A stretch of 64,000 nt of DNA from NCBI GenBank assembly GCA_009103225.1, contig RHPI01001715.1, forward strand, positions 186,001 through 250,000, read 5' to 3'. This stretch comes from Chlorokybus atmophyticus (taxonomy: Eukaryota > Plantae > Mesostigma and Chlorokybus algae). The notes below the pieces were generated by a model. That model was not told the DNA's origin. It worked only from the letters and a program-made list of their open reading frames with translations, and did no database searches. Below, piece by piece: positions 12,906 through 27,162 of this stretch (its first letter is position 1; each line of letters begins with the position of its first letter). Made by a program: the position numbers and the translations under genes.

Positions 12906-15890
12906 CTACCATCGTCCTGGGCTAGAACACGTGCTGCGGCTGCGTGCGCTGGCGTTGTTGTTCACGCCGGTGCCGCAGTCGTAGTAGTCGTCGTGCGCAC
13001 ACCCGGCGTGACCGCTCTTCCGGAACACGCCCTCATCCACCTTGCTGTTGCTGGTGATGTTGACGGAGCCTCCTCCTGCCGAAGCAAAACGCCCGGCCTT
13101 GTCGCGGTCGAAACCGCTGGACTCGAGAGCGGCTCCGTACGCGGCGCGCGCTTGCGTGTAACACCTGAACATGAGCATGAGTGCGTGTGTGCGAGTATGT
13201 ATCTGAGTGGTTGCCCAAGGCTTGTCCACCAGAATAACAACAACAACAACAATGCAAGAGAGCATGCGCGAACCTACCTGTGCACGGCCCCGTGCAGGCC
13301 CTCAGCGAACTGGGCTTGCAACTGCAACTGCGACCGGAATCGCGCTGCCGGCTCCGGCGCTGTCGACATCGCCGCCTGTGTGTGTGAATGTGCGTGTGTG
13401 CGTGTGTGCGCGTATGGGTGCGTGTGCGAGGTAATGAATGAAACAAACCAACACAGTTAAAGTAACTCTCATAATCCTTACCTTGGCTTTGAGTTGGGTG
13501 AGGATGTCGGCCACATCGTTGATGAGGTCCTGCGTGGCGGCCGCTGTCTTTCGCGCGAGCTGTCCACAGACACGCGCGCAGGCGAGTTCGTCATCACCAC
13601 CACCACCACCATTACAATCACCCGCCACCTCCTCGCTCATGCGTTGTGAAGCCCTCGCCACCACGCTGAGGTTGCCAACGCTCGCCGCCAGCTGCCTCGT
13701 CTTCGCCACGAACACGCCCGTTGCTTTACTGCTGCTGCTGGTGCTGGTGCTGGTGCTCCCTCCTGCCTTCTTCACGCCGCTCGCTAATAATGAGGAGGAG
13801 GAGGAAGCTGGCCTCACCACCTAAGGCCCGGGTGTTGCGTGAATATGTACGTGTACAACAATGTGATGGCAGCAGCATAGCTGAGTAGGAGTACGACGAT
13901 ACGATTCTGCAATTTACAGCACGAGCGCATTGCGATGGCGTTGTATGCACCCTGCATGCACACGTGTGCGCGTGCACACGTGTGCAGTATGCATGCCTGT
14001 GTACATGCATATTGCACAGATGTGCATATGCATGCGTGTGCGTGCGTGCCTGCGTCCGTGTAAGTGTTCTCCCGCCTGTACGTCTGCATGTGCGTGCACG
14101 CGTCTCACTGGCTCTCTCACGCACACGCGTACATGGCTGTGCATACGCTCATATATGCATACGGCCGGATGTGTACGCATCAGGAAAGACGGACACGGAC
14201 AGACCCAACGCATTCTCCTCTCACCTCCTCATACGCAACTCCATGCGCGATCTGCCTCCTCAAGTCCGTCACCTCTTTCCGATGCCGTTCGTTGTCCCGC
14301 CGTGCCCGCGCACACGCCGCGCGACGCCAGCAGTCGCTCACCGACACAACAAGCTCACGCAACGCCTCGCGCACTTCTTTTTGTGAGGAGGAGGACATGT
14401 GGGCACGCGCAAAGGACTGCGCGGCAGACCACGCCTCCGTAGGTACCCTATGGAACAGTTGTTGTTGTTGTTGTTGATGTTGGGAGGGTAAGTATACGAG
14501 TGTGATTACCATTCGTCGGCTTCGCGCTTTGCGCATACGGGCCGCGTGTGTTCCAGCGCGTTGGCGTCCGTGTGGTACGTGTTGACGAGGCTCTGCACGT
14601 GAGACAATGTGAGACGTTGTGAGTAGTGAGTTGTTGCACACGCAGCTTGAGAACACGAGTCGCACAGTATCACGACAGAAAGCCGCGCTCAAACCAAGGG
14701 ATGCAACCCAACATACATGCTGTGACAGTCTGTATGTATGATATTTCAAGAGGTCCCCAGAGAGAAGGGCACGACGTGGACGTGCGTACTTGTGCAGGTA
14801 TGTGTACAGGATAAAGGGAAACAGTCTGTATGTACGCATGCCCACACGTACCGTGTACTCGGCGTGATGTGGCAGGTACGTCGCCCCTCCCTCAAACTCC
14901 TCCCACTCTCTCATCATCCCTCCATACTCCCCCGTGGCCGCGAGTAGTGCGAGTAGTCTCGCGTTGTCCTCACGTGCGCGGGCAGCGGCGTCCTCGGCGG
15001 CCGCCCGGGACCGCGCCAGGGCATGCGCGGCGCTTAAGCTCTCTTTCAGAGCCACGAGCTCGGAAGCCAGGTCGCGGTTGAGGGACTCTTGGGAGGAGAG
15101 ACGGTCCTCGCGTGCAAACGAGGCGGACTCGGAGGCGCGGGAGCGATCCTCGGCACGCGCGCGCTCGTCCTCGATCAGCCGCACCCGCTCGTCCTGCACC
15201 ACGTACTGTCACACGATGGCGCAACGCACGCACGCGTTGTTACATGCATGTGGAGGATGACATGCGGGCATGTAACCTCCACGTGCCTGCAGTGCGGAGC
15301 GGTGGCGCTGGAGGGATATCTGCTCCTCCAACGACGATATCTGCGCCTCGAGCATGCGGCGGCGCTCGCTCGCCTCCTCAACAACGCACCTCAACCTGAG
15401 ACATGATCAATAGACTTCTTGACACGATCATAAGCTTTAGACAAACGTGCACACGCCCACCCACCCACCCACCCACCCACACACATTCACACCTGTGTTC
15501 CAGTTGTCGCACGGTCTCGGCATGGGAACGTGCGTCCTCCTCCCTCTCCTCCAGCTTGCGCGTAAGCTCCGCCGCGCGGGACTCGAGCCTCTCGACCGTG
15601 CTTCGAGCGGCGTCGGCCTGGCGAGTGAAGAAACGCGCACGGTCCAACATGTCATCGTCGTGTCTTTGGTCTTTGTCTTCACTCCTACGAGCAGAGGTGG
15701 AAGCAGGCATGCTGGTCTTGTGGTTGCGTACGACACTACGCGTGTACACATTCCGAGCATCGTCGTCATCATGGTCGTCGTCAATGTGGTGGCGTTGGTG
15801 TTTGTTGTCGTTGTTGTTGATGTGTGCAAGGGCGTCCAGTACACTGCGCCAGCTGCTACCACTGCTGCTATTGTTAACGTTCGCCACCAT
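12906..15890 (-). CDS. Uncharacterised coiled-coil protein, multi-exon (3' end uncertain)
   Basis: Exons with E/R/Q-rich heptads (STVERLESRAAELTRKLEEREE, RMLEAQISSLEEQISLQR, RHRKEVTDLRRQIAHGVAYEE) bounded by plausible splice sites. Confidence 0.65.
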
Positions 15891-16970
15891 TGCTGTTTCC
15901 TAATCAATGTTTTAGTGCATCAGAGCGTGCGGGTGTGTAGCGTCAAGGCCCCTGCGCAGGTCCAGCAAAAGCGCGATCGTTGGTGGTATATGTACGCATG
16001 GCTGGCGGCGTTGTTAGCAGGGAGGGGGGGGGGTATCAAGGGTTCAACGCAATGATAAACGTCATATAACACAATGCCGCAGACACACACGCTACCGCGT
16101 AGAAAGCGCACTAGTACGAAAGAGCTCTCATGACACAACCGAACTAACGAACGAAGCAGCATTACTCCCATCAACCACTGCTGCGACGAAAGTTCCCTTT
16201 TGTTCCGCCTTGCCCATACTCTCATTCACTCGCACTTGCAAGCACTGTGCTCGCGAATCACATTCAAGAGTGACTTTCCGGATAAGGGATCGGTGATGAA
16301 CAAAAGCTGGATCGCTTACAACTAATGGAGCAACTGACCATCAAAGCAAGAATGTTTGTTGAGTACATTCTGACCCAACCACGCACACGCAACGCCCACC
16401 TCCGGAGGCGTCCCCTTTCCCCTAACGCCTGGCCACCTTAGTTCGCAGAGGTTGAGATTGCACACCTCAGTACATTCTTCTTCGCCCATGCCAGAGATCA
16501 ACGACGCCTGTTTGGTACCATGTTTCCTTTTCTCTTCTTTCCTCGTCTCACATCGCGCCCAACATACATACCCACGCACGCACGCTACTAGGCCTACCCA
16601 CCTATCTCAGGTTGCGAGCCACGAGTGAAGGCGCGCGTGTGTTTGTTGGCAAGACCTTGTGTGCGACACACCTGCAACGTCCGGCAGGGGGAAAGCGGGC
16701 GGCCGCATGCGAGTGCGCGCGCGCGCGCGGTGCGAGCCAGAAACGGTGCTGCCGCATGTCGTGGCTAAACTTTGCAGTGCAGGCGCATTGAAGGAGGGCG
16801 ACCGCATGCTGCGACTGAAGGTGTCGCCGCATGCGTTGCCCAGAACAACAACAACAACCAGGAGGACGAGGGCGAGGCGGCGGCGGCGGCGGCGGTGTAG
16901 GTTAATTAGAGCGGAGTGCACAGCTGCAGCTCTCTTTCTTGATTTACTTATTGGGACCTTTGGGATTTGC

Positions 16971-19357
16971 ATGGCGGCAGCGGGTGGAGCGGAGAGCGCC
17001 GGAGTCAGCTGCTGCGAGCCGGCTCCGGTGAGTGTGTGCACAGCACAGTACAGGATTGTATTGGTTGTGTTTGCCTGCTGCTTTGTCTTCCTTTGTTTGC
17101 ATGTTTGGGGTTGTGTGTGCCTGTACTGGTCTGCATGGTAAGATTGAACTTAAGAGAGGTTGGTTTTCCTGGAGTTGCAATTGCTGGCGGTTGACAAGTG
17201 CAGATTCTGACAGCTGGTGCTGTGTGTCTGTTGAGGATTGTGTGCGTAGGTTTGCAACTTGGCAATTCTTCCTAGTGATGGTGCAGATGTCACGTGGTCT
17301 GCAGTTGCCTTTGCTGTTGTCATCTTTCTTTCACTGCTTTCCACCAGTTCATCAAGTCTTTCACCCAACGAACATACACAATTTCAATGTGCATGTCGCT
17401 TGTAAAGCCTGGGGTTTGTCCGTCTCTACTTGTTTGGAAAGCTCAGAGATGAGTTACTCAACCAAGACAAAGTAAACCTCAAATCAGTCAATCGATGGTT
17501 CGATTACATGGTCAGTCAGTTCGTCTTCTTCAAAACAAACCGCACGATCCTGTCGGCTGCGCGCGTGCCATAACACGACTCAATCACCACCACATGACTG
17601 CGTGCGTGCGTGCGTGCGTGCGCATCAAGAGTTTTCTTCCTGATACTCACTACGCGCATTGCTCGCGTGCACAGGACTGGGCGTCGCTCCCAGACGCGTG
17701 CGTGGAAGCCATCTGCATTTCTGGCGGAGGACGACTCGCCGCCATATGCGCCGCCGTATGCCGGTGAGCGCGTGACATCATATGATAAGGATTGTAGTTA
17801 GGATCCTCTCTCTGTTGCATTGAGTTTGGCAGAATGTATTGCCCCTCCTTGTCCCTTTGTTTGCTACACTGACACTCCAGTCTTTCTAGTACCATCCTGA
17901 ATTCAAGCCATAAACCGACATTGCTCATGTTGCGCTGACATTGGAGTCGTGCTACAATTCCATCCTGCTTGGCAACAATCTCGCTCTTTCTTGCGAGTCA
18001 CCAACACCAACGCTGATATGGTACACCACTCAGGAGCTGGTGTCGCGCGGTGCATTCGGACGTGTTGTGGCGCGAGCTCAACGGGCGAGACTGGCGCCTG
18101 CTTCGTCTACGCAGCAGCAGCAGCGGGCAGAGCGCAAGCAGCAGCGGCGCTGGCAACGGTGGCGTTGTCGGCGGGGTTGGCAATGGTGCGAGCGGTGGCC
18201 CCGGCAGCTGGCGTGCGGCGTACGTGCGGAGACACCGGACATCGCGGAACTGGCGACACAACAATGCAAAACTACAGGTGACTCGTGCATGCATGTGCGT
18301 GAGCGTGTGCGTGTGCGGGTTCGAATGCGCATGTACGTGTGTGCATGTGTGTTGGCGTGTCCCTCATCAGCGATCGTGGAATATCCCGCAGTTGGTGAAG
18401 GCGCATGGTAGCCGCGTTTGCTGCGTGGCCGCGGACGGCGACTGGGTCGTGAGCGGTTCCTGGGACCGCACCGTGCGCGTCTGGGAACGACAACAACAAC
18501 ACAACATCAGTGATCAGAAGCCCGCGTGGGTCTGCGCCCGCATACTAAAGGGCCACAAAGGCGCCGTATCCGCCATAGCCATCATGGACATTAACCACAA
18601 CTCCAACCCCAACAACAACCACACCCACAACAACAACCACAAGAAGCTCATCATCTCTGCCTCGTGGGACCTCACCCTCCGCGTGTGGGACTCCCGCACC
18701 TGGACGTGTGCCAAAACCCTCCACGGCCACGACGACTTCGTGCGTTGCGTCTCCACACACAACCACCTGATCGCTTCCGGCAGCGACGATAAGACGGTCC
18801 GGCTCTGGCACGTCAAGACGGGGAAATGCGTCGGCGTGTTGAGTGGACACGTTGGGGGTGTTGAAGCGGTTGCGTTGGGGGAGAAGATGGTGGTGGGGAG
18901 TGCGGGACAGGAGATGAGGGCGTGGGATGTTGGGACGGGAGCTTGCGTGGCCGTGTTGGATGCGTACTCGGGTATTGTGAGTATTGCGTTGGATGAGAGG
19001 AGAGTGTTGACGGGGTTGAGGGATGGGATGGTGAGGGTGTGGGACCCGGCACAGGGGTGGGATTGGGTTCGCGTGTTGGGTGGGTCGGGACGGCGAGACA
19101 ACATATACAGCTATAACAACTACAGTACTGTTGGGCCCGTGCGCGGCGTGTGCGTGACGCACGAGTGGGTTGTTGTCCTCTCCGGAGATGGGGAGTTGTG
19201 TGTCTACGACAAGAAGCGCCCCGACTTCAGGCCGGTGTTCTCGAGGATCGTCGGGCGGGTCGATCCTGTCTCGCGGGCGGTGGCGGCCGACGACGAGCGC
19301 GTGGTGGTCGGGGATGATGAGGGGGGACTCGCTGTTGTCGACTTCGCGGCAGATTAG
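16971..19357 (+). CDS. F-box / WD40-repeat protein
   Basis: Spliced F-box DWASLPDACVEAIC...AAVCR|SWCRAVHSDVLWREL, followed by several GH...WD repeats (SGSWDRTVRVW, SASWDLTLRVW, SGSDDKTVRLW). Confidence 0.88.
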
Positions 19358-20081
19358 TATTGTTGTTGTTGGGGGAGGGAATGATTGATGGTTGGACTGG
19401 GTAGATTTGGCAGAGTTGCGAGGTTTTGTGCTAGGAGTGCTAGGAGCGTGTGTTGATGAAGTGTGCACCTGTTCGTGCACGTGTGCGCGCACGCCTGTGC
19501 ATGTGCGTGTGCTCTTGGAAGCTCTGTTTGCTATTGACATTGCAGTGTCTGATTGGTACACATGCTCTCATTACTTGTCTAGTTGTCCCTGCTATTACTA
19601 CTGTCGTTACTGCGATCTGTCATCCTAGGTGACGGCACAAGCAGTGCAGAACACTGCCGGTGGCGTCCATGGGTGGCACACAGGGGCAGGCAGAGCACTC
19701 TTTTGGTACCGCGCGTCGCTCAACACCATGGCATGGCACACAGCCATGTGCAAATGGCCATGTCACAGTGACAAGAAAGAGAGCGATTGTGCACCAGGGA
19801 AAGACCACAAGGAGCTTCACGCCATACAGTAGCTGGCCTGCACGCACATCGTCGCACACACCGGCCAGGACGCCGCTGCTCGCTCCTCAGCTATCAGCAG
19901 TTGTTCCCCACAACCAGCACACAAAGTCATGTGAGTCAACAACAAACGAACCCTCCGTCCGTCCACCCATCCTGCAACTCCTCCCGCCGCCACTGCCTTC
20001 CGGTTCAGTTCTGACTGGCCCAACGGTCTGATTGTCGTAGTCATCGTCGGTGGTGGTGGCGTTGTCGGTGTTGTTGCCGTC

Positions 20082-23000
20082 ATGGCGGCGGCGGCGGCGG
20101 CGGTGGGGATGGGGATGGGGACGAACTACGGGATGGGTGCACCGGGATCCGCTGCCAGCACCGCCAGCACCACCATCGTTACCGCACACAACCACAACCA
20201 CAACCACAACCACCATAACAGCGGCAGTAGCAACAGCAACAGCAGCTTGGAGGAGCTCAAGGGACTGGTGGCGGGGGCACTGGAGAGAAGAGGCGTACTC
20301 GCAAAACTACGGGTAAGGGAGCGAATGATACGGTAAACTAGTAGCAGAATCAACCACGCTGATATTATTATTATTATTATTATTAACAGTAATGAAGGTA
20401 ATCATCGTGGTTATTAGCTCTATCCCCATTGTCATTAATAGTGGCATTGTCCAGTTGTTGTGATCATAGGGGGGCAAATGGTGGTGGACTACCAGTAGTA
20501 GTAGTCATCCACCAGTATGTTCCTGACTCATCTGTGCTTGAGTGCTCTTCATGTCTTTTGTTTTCTTCTTTCTGTTTTGCAGGCTGAGCTGAGGGCGAGC
20601 GTGTTCTTAGCGCTGGCTGACAGCGGGGGTGATGACGGTGCCGATGGCAACAACAACAGCAATAAGAAGGTGGATGCGTACGTGAAGGGCGGGACGGAGC
20701 GCACACGCTCTCTGCTGAGCACGCCGCAGGGTAAGTTGCTGGGTGTGAGGGGGGGGTGCTGTTATTGGTAGTGCAGCCATTGCTGCGCCCATAGACACGC
20801 ACGCGCACAGGTATACGCATACAAACACGAACATAAACACACGTGTTCACATGCAAGCCANTGGTGTCAGCGTAGTTGTAGAAGCGACCAGCAGGTAGCA
20901 GCAGCAGCAGCAGGCAAGGGGGGGGGGGGCAATGCATGTAAGTGCACACGCGCATGAACATGTTAGTACACTTGCAAATACATACACGTTTATATGTACA
21001 CAGATGCACGCGCAATTGCAGCTTCCCACGCATGCACACACATGCACACGTATGCGTGCGCGCACACACACAATCACCCACACCAACATGCGCGCAGATG
21101 CATGCACGCGCTCACCTATACGCACGCACACGCACACGCACGCACGCAGGGGAGGTGGCGGCGGAGCTGGTGCGGGACTTCCTGCAGTGGTGCGGCCTCG
21201 AGTACACGCTGCAAGTGTTCGTGCCCGAATGCAACCTGGTAGGTAACCTCTCACCGTCATTAACACATGCCAACAATTTTGCCACCTACTCACTAGTGCA
21301 CACGCTCACTCCCTCACTTGCGTGCGTGCGCGGCAGCCTGCACAGCGCAAAGACAGGACAAAGCTTGCCTCCGAGGCCAAGCTGAACACCACTCATGAAG
21401 CCGAAGAAGACTCTCCGCTGCTCATGCAACTGCTAACACAGTCAAGCCTCAGCACCACCACCACCACCACCACCAATAACAACAACAACAACAGCAACAC
21501 CCTCACCTCCGTCCCGAAGCTGCCTCTCGGCCAAGTAGTCTCATCATACGCAATCGCACAAACCGCCACATCGTCAACAGCAAGTGGACTCACTCCTCTC
21601 GCTCCTCCTCCCACGCCTCGACCCGGACCCATCAACACCACCACCACCGCCACCACCACACTCAACAACATTACTCTCCCCCCCGGTGCGCGCGCTCTCC
21701 CAGGCTTGACCGGCAACGTCAGTGTGATGAGCAAGAGTGGTGCTGATCGGCTGGGGTCGCCAGCGAACAGCCCGCCGAAGTCGCCGAGGAGCCCCAACTC
21801 GCCGCGAAGCCCAAAGTGAGTGACGTAGTTGGTGTCTTTAGTGTTAGTTGTTGGGTGGGGTGGGGTGAGGACACATATGCAAGGAGTGTGGTGTCCACGT
21901 GTTGCTGCCCCCGAGGATGGTAGCGGTTGCCAGCGCTTGTGCGTGTGCTTTTAACGTGTGCGCATGGGCCGATGGCATTGTGTTTGGTCATCTGAGGGGC
22001 TGCTTTGTGCGCTGTGTCTCATGTGTACATGTGTATATGTGTATGCCGTGTGTTGCCTGCCCACAGAAACCAACTTCTTTTTCCACGTCTACATTCATCA
22101 ACAAGCGTCAATGAAACGCAGAGGCAATGATGACCGCTTCCCAGGACGACACGCAGAGCGCTCCCTTTCCCCTCTGGTACCGCTGAGAGATACACGCACG
22201 CACATACATACACACACACGTGTGTGCATGTGCCTGCATGTGATTTGTTTATTCACTCACGTCTCCCTCACCCACACCCCTCAGAGTTCTCCCGAGACCC
22301 TTTCTCCCTCCCCCTCCCATTCCCCCTCCGCTCTCTCGTCCCGCTGGCCGCCACCAACCGTCAACATGACAACAACAACAACAACAACAACAACAGGGAA
22401 ACAACCACCCTTGTCTGCCTCCAGACCGGATCCGAGTCCGACGACGACCACGACCGCGGCCGCAGCCGAGCTGGGAGGACTGCCGAGCATTGGGGGAAGG
22501 AGAGGAGGGTGAGTGGTGGAGTGGGTGGGGATGAGTGGAGGGTGGAATCGTGCGTGCGTGCGTGCGTGCGTGCGTGTTCATGTGTGCTTGGATGTTTAGA
22601 TGTTCATGCACGTGTGTGTGCACCAGGTTGCCGCCGTTGGGGCAGAGTTTGACGCCATTGTCGGCTCCACCTTCGCGACTACAAACACACGAGGGTGACA
22701 TTCTTGGCCAGGCTGCAGAGCGGCCGGCAGCGAGAATCATCACGCACGCGCCACCACCACCGCCACCGCCACCACCAGCAGCGACATCAACATCAACATC
22801 ACCACCAACGTCAACGATGCAAGCCGTTGGAAGCAAGTCGATGAGCGCAGCGCCAGTGATGTTGCCCAGCAACAACAGCAGCAGCGGTCCTTCCAGGTGC
22901 GGGATGCACACGTCCACATATGGTGTTGAGTGTTGTTGTAAAGGCAGACTCCTGAGTGTGCTTGTGGTTGTGCAACGATAGTGCTGAAAGGCGAGACATT

Positions 23001-23519
23001 GGTGGCAACATGCAACTAAGCAGCCGCGCCAACGATGACGACAATGACGATGAGGGCTCGTACGCCGATGAGGGCGATGAGTTTGAAGGGTAAGCTGGTT
23101 TGCAGAGTCATGCTTCCAGTTGCATGAAGTGCGCAGCATGGGCATGTGGATGGGTGGTTGCATGCGTGCGTGTGCAGTATGCAGAACATGATGTGTGGTG
23201 CCACAGGGACATCGATGAGTCAATAGCTGAAGAGGAGGTGGATGAGGAGGACATGGACGAGACGGGAGGCGGCGTGGGTGGCGTGGACTACGGGAAGGAC
23301 TACCTCGCCGACTCCAAGGAGTTCAACTTCGGGGAGGAGTACGAGCGCGAGGACAACCTGCACTTCTCCATGGTAAAGGCACACAGAGACTGTGCACATG
23401 TGGTGACTGTGATCGCCTCGTGACCTTGTTGTATTGTGCAGAGTGGCGGCCACAGCGGCGAGCTGCTTGACAGCGGCTTTTCCGATGGCGGGGGCGGGCG
23501 CGAGCTGGACCTGCCATAA
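20082..23519 (+). CDS. TONNEAU1 / FOP (FGFR1OP, CEP43) family LisH protein with long low-complexity tail, about 9 exons
   Basis: Spliced LEELKGLVAGALERRGVLAKLR|AELRASVFLAL...LLSTPQG|EVAAELVRDFLQWCGLEYTLQVFVPECNL is a FOP dimerisation/LisH region. Acidic last exons end at TAA 23517-23519. Confidence 0.85.
20862..20920. repeat. 59-bp dispersed repeat, copy 1 (inside a TON1/FOP intron)
   Basis: Identical to 30512-30570. Flanked by a single N (20861) and a G-run. Confidence 0.9.
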
Positions 23520-24839
23520 GTAACAATGATATTACCTCAAGACTTGATCTATGGAGATGCGTTGTGTATAGTAGTTGAGACATATATTGGTAGATCACAA
23601 GCCGCTTGCGGTTGTTATCTTGTCCCATCTCACTTGATTTATTACATAGCAAGCTATGTAGTCGGCCATGGGTTGAGAAGGTAACGTAGTGATAGGAATA
23701 TGGTGATTGGTGTAAAAAGCCTTCACCAAGGCGCTTAAGCACCACCCCACGCATATACGTACATAATGGTAATATATGACAATACTTTCGTGATGTTTGC
23801 CTGCTTGCTTTGCCATTAATCCAATGCGCAGTATAGTTGTGCTGCAATCAATGCATGAATGACAATGTGCTTGTGCACATGCAGCATGCGCAAGCTTGTG
23901 CGGGTATCACCTTAAAAGGGAGCACCATATGCTTGATGGATGGTGTACAACAGATAGGGCCAGTTATTGGATGCAGCAAAACAGTTCTAGGCTGTTCTCA
24001 ACATGCTGGTTGTCCAACAGACATAGGCCTTTACCATCCCTTGCAGTGGACTGGAATTCTTTACCACTAAGTGCCTACCCACACCTGTGTTGTCGCGTGA
24101 GGTGTGCGTTTGTGGTATGTGTAATACACAATTTCACTATTTCAACAACATCGTCACACCAAGTGTAATACTCACTGCATATCTCTGAAGATGCATGATG
24201 GTCCACCCTGTTTTCTTACATGCAACAATCGGTATAACACCTTATGTGCTTCTGCATAGTGCATGTACAAAACTGCCTCGAGCATACCCTGTACCTTGTT
24301 TCACTAACGCACACAGGGCTGTAGCCCTCACCAAAAGCACGCACCTTGCTGCTGCGCAAGAACCGGAACATAAGGGAGATCATTGTGTATTTATCATAAT
24401 ACCACATCAGGGTCAACACTGTTTGTTCCATCATATCGCAACCACTATGCATTGATCACAATTTGTGATCAATGCAGCATCGTGATTCACAATGCTGCAT
24501 TGTCAATGCATCATGGCTCACTTGATCATATTCTCCAGTAGCGAAAGAGACCTGAAGCCAACCTAGACATGTGGGTTGGCGCTACTGCCATCTTGGAAAC
24601 AGCAACCAGGACCTCGGCATGCTTTGTTGCATGTGCGTGTGTCTGCAACTCTGCTTACGGGTAACGAACTCTGGACAAGCTCAAAGACAGCACCAACGTG
24701 CCCGTTTCACTCAATACACAATGAACTCACATTTCCCGCAGCAAACTCAGCAACATAGTCAGCTCTACACCAAAGGCGTAACCAGCACACGGCACGTGTG
24801 CTGGAGTCAATTAAGCTAAGCTCAAAATCCCAATGATGT

Positions 24840-27162
24840 TTACTTGAACACCTTGGCCTCAATGTGCACCTTGCCGTCGATCTTGTCTTCCTGAACCCAC
24901 ATATCTGCAGAGCAGCACAACATGCCATCAGAATGCACAAAAGTGACTCTTCAATGACAATGTATGTGATATACCACTACACGTAACAATACAGATTTGC
25001 CACCACCGACATGCCTGCCTGCAGGCATACCTTCTAGCCGTGCCTTCTGAGCAGGGTCATTGATATCAATGCGCTTCCACTCATACAGCTCCGTATCGTA
25101 GACCTCGTCCTTCAGTGCCTGCGGGATGTCCGACCCACGGAACAGCCACGCGCCGGTGATCTCAAAGGGACCTTCACCGAGGATGCACATCACACCAAAT
25201 GCGTGCTTGCGAATCAAATCGCAGCGCTGGAGGAAGCCGCTGACCTGCAACAGGTTATAGGTGGTCAAGCAATGGCATGAACTAACCTGTGGTCTCACAT
25301 TCCATGTACTGGCAGTTAGAAGTACCTTGTTCATGGTCACATAGTTGACAGTGTTCTCGTCGTTGTACTTGTACTCGGAGAAAAACAGGCAGTAGCCCTC
25401 AGGGTCATACATGTTCCAGAAGCCGCCAATGGCAACCTCCCTGAAAGTCTTTGCGGGCGTGTTCGAGTAGAGGCGCTTCCACTCATCCATAACCATTTTG
25501 CTGGGCGGCAAGAGGTCCAGCGGGTTCTTGGCCTTGGGCTTGGGCGCGGGCTCATCCTCCTCATCGTTGCCAGCTGGCGTCGCAGGGGCAGGTGCTGGGG
25601 ACGCAGCAGCTGGTTTCTCCTGCTAGACAGGAGAGTTAACATTGAAAGCCACTAGCAAATGTCTAAGAACCAACATATGTCAGCTTGCTGTTGCGCTTAC
25701 CTGCGCGGGCTTCTCCTTCTCCTTCTCCTTCTCCTTCTTTGGTGCAGAGTGTGTGGCAGCCTTCTCGCAAAGTGTAACATCCCCGAGCACAGCGCTAAGA
25801 TTCGGTTGGTGCACCAGTGTCATGAACCACCGGACCAGGTGCGGGTACTCATCGCGGAAGCTTTGCTCAAACACAGTTGTGAAGCCTGCTAGCAGATCTA
25901 CCGTTGCGAGAATGTCTGCGAGGGTAACACGGTCGCCTGCCAGGTAGGTTGAGCCCTTGAGATGAGCATCAAAGGCAGCCAGACCCTTCTTCACATCGGC
26001 AATAGCTGCGGTCTCAGTCTGCACAGTGAACTGTCAGACGAGACAGCAGGGACACTGCATTTCATGCATGCCAGCAAGCTAAAACATGCACCAGAACAGC
26101 ATTGCATACCTGCTTGTTGTAGGCACCATGGCCTGTGACAGGACCAACCCACCGATCCAGGGCTGCCGTGACCTCTTGCGCAAGCTCCAGCCATTGGTCA
26201 ACATTGTGCTGCACAAGTTATCGGAGGGTTAGCACTTGGAGTATTGTAAGTATGACTGACTGACTGAAGCTAGAATACACGGATTGAGGCCTGTGGGGTG
26301 CACAGTGAGGCGCTGCATGCGATGGCACCAGTCACTTGCAATGGATGACATGCGTACAACTGCCCGCGTTGCAGCGCGTGCATGAAGGCATGCAGCAGCT
26401 CAGACGACTGACAAGCCCTGGCCTGAATGAAATGGGACAATGCCTGCCATTACCATGTCCTTGTCTGGGCCGAGCAAAGAGTCCTTGGCGCCGGACCGGG
26501 CAACTGCAAATGACGAAAGGAATCACGTCATTGCGATGTCGAGTACAATCCAATGATATCCTAGTTTGAATGCGCGTTTATGGCGTACTGCACACTGCTT
26601 CTACCCTCTCAGCTGCACACAGCCATGGCAAATGGCAGGAGATGATGCACTACGACAGGCAGGCACTATGTGTGGTGACCGTTATTGGCCTTGGCATTTG
26701 AGCATCGGCACAGGATGGAGTGCGCTGGCGGTGTCCACGCAGTGCAATGGTGCTGGTGGAAGCATATGCGAGAGGGGCAAGTGGTAGCCACTTACTGTAG
26801 CGAGCAATGGCATCCTCGCCGAAAACGCTGCCAGAGTCCAGCTTCAGGGAGGGTTTGCCAGCGGGGGCATCCCCAGCGTCGGTAGAGGTCTTCAGCTGAA
26901 CACCGGCATAACGAGCAGCTATCTGCGCCTTCTGAGCAGCCCTGCTGCCTTCCGGCGCATACAGAGTCTGCATGCACAACACACATCACATACAAGCGCC
27001 TCGTCAACAAGCCCAAACCACCAGCATGCACAGCATTGAAACGCGCAAACACGCTAGCATGGCCACAGCAGCATGCTGCAGCTCTACGACCGCCGCACAA
27101 CCCCACAATCAGCAAGCTTGTAGCAACCGCATCAACAGCCCCCAACGCACCGCAGGAGCCAT
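24840..27162 (-). CDS. EEF1G: Elongation factor 1B gamma, multi-exon
   Basis: MAPA|TLYAPEGS GST-N, then GST-C (YLAGDRVTLADI, YPHLVRWFMTLVHQP), K/E linker, and C-domain KAKNPLDLLPPSKMVMDEWKRLYSNT, SGFLQRCDLIRKHAFG, IEAKVFK* (TAA 24840-24842). Confidence 0.96.

Noticed and set aside
18545-19561. Long antisense ORFs (338 aa here; also 22249-23223 and 41237-41782)
   Set aside because: They are shadows of GC-rich or low-complexity sense genes, with no independent motifs.
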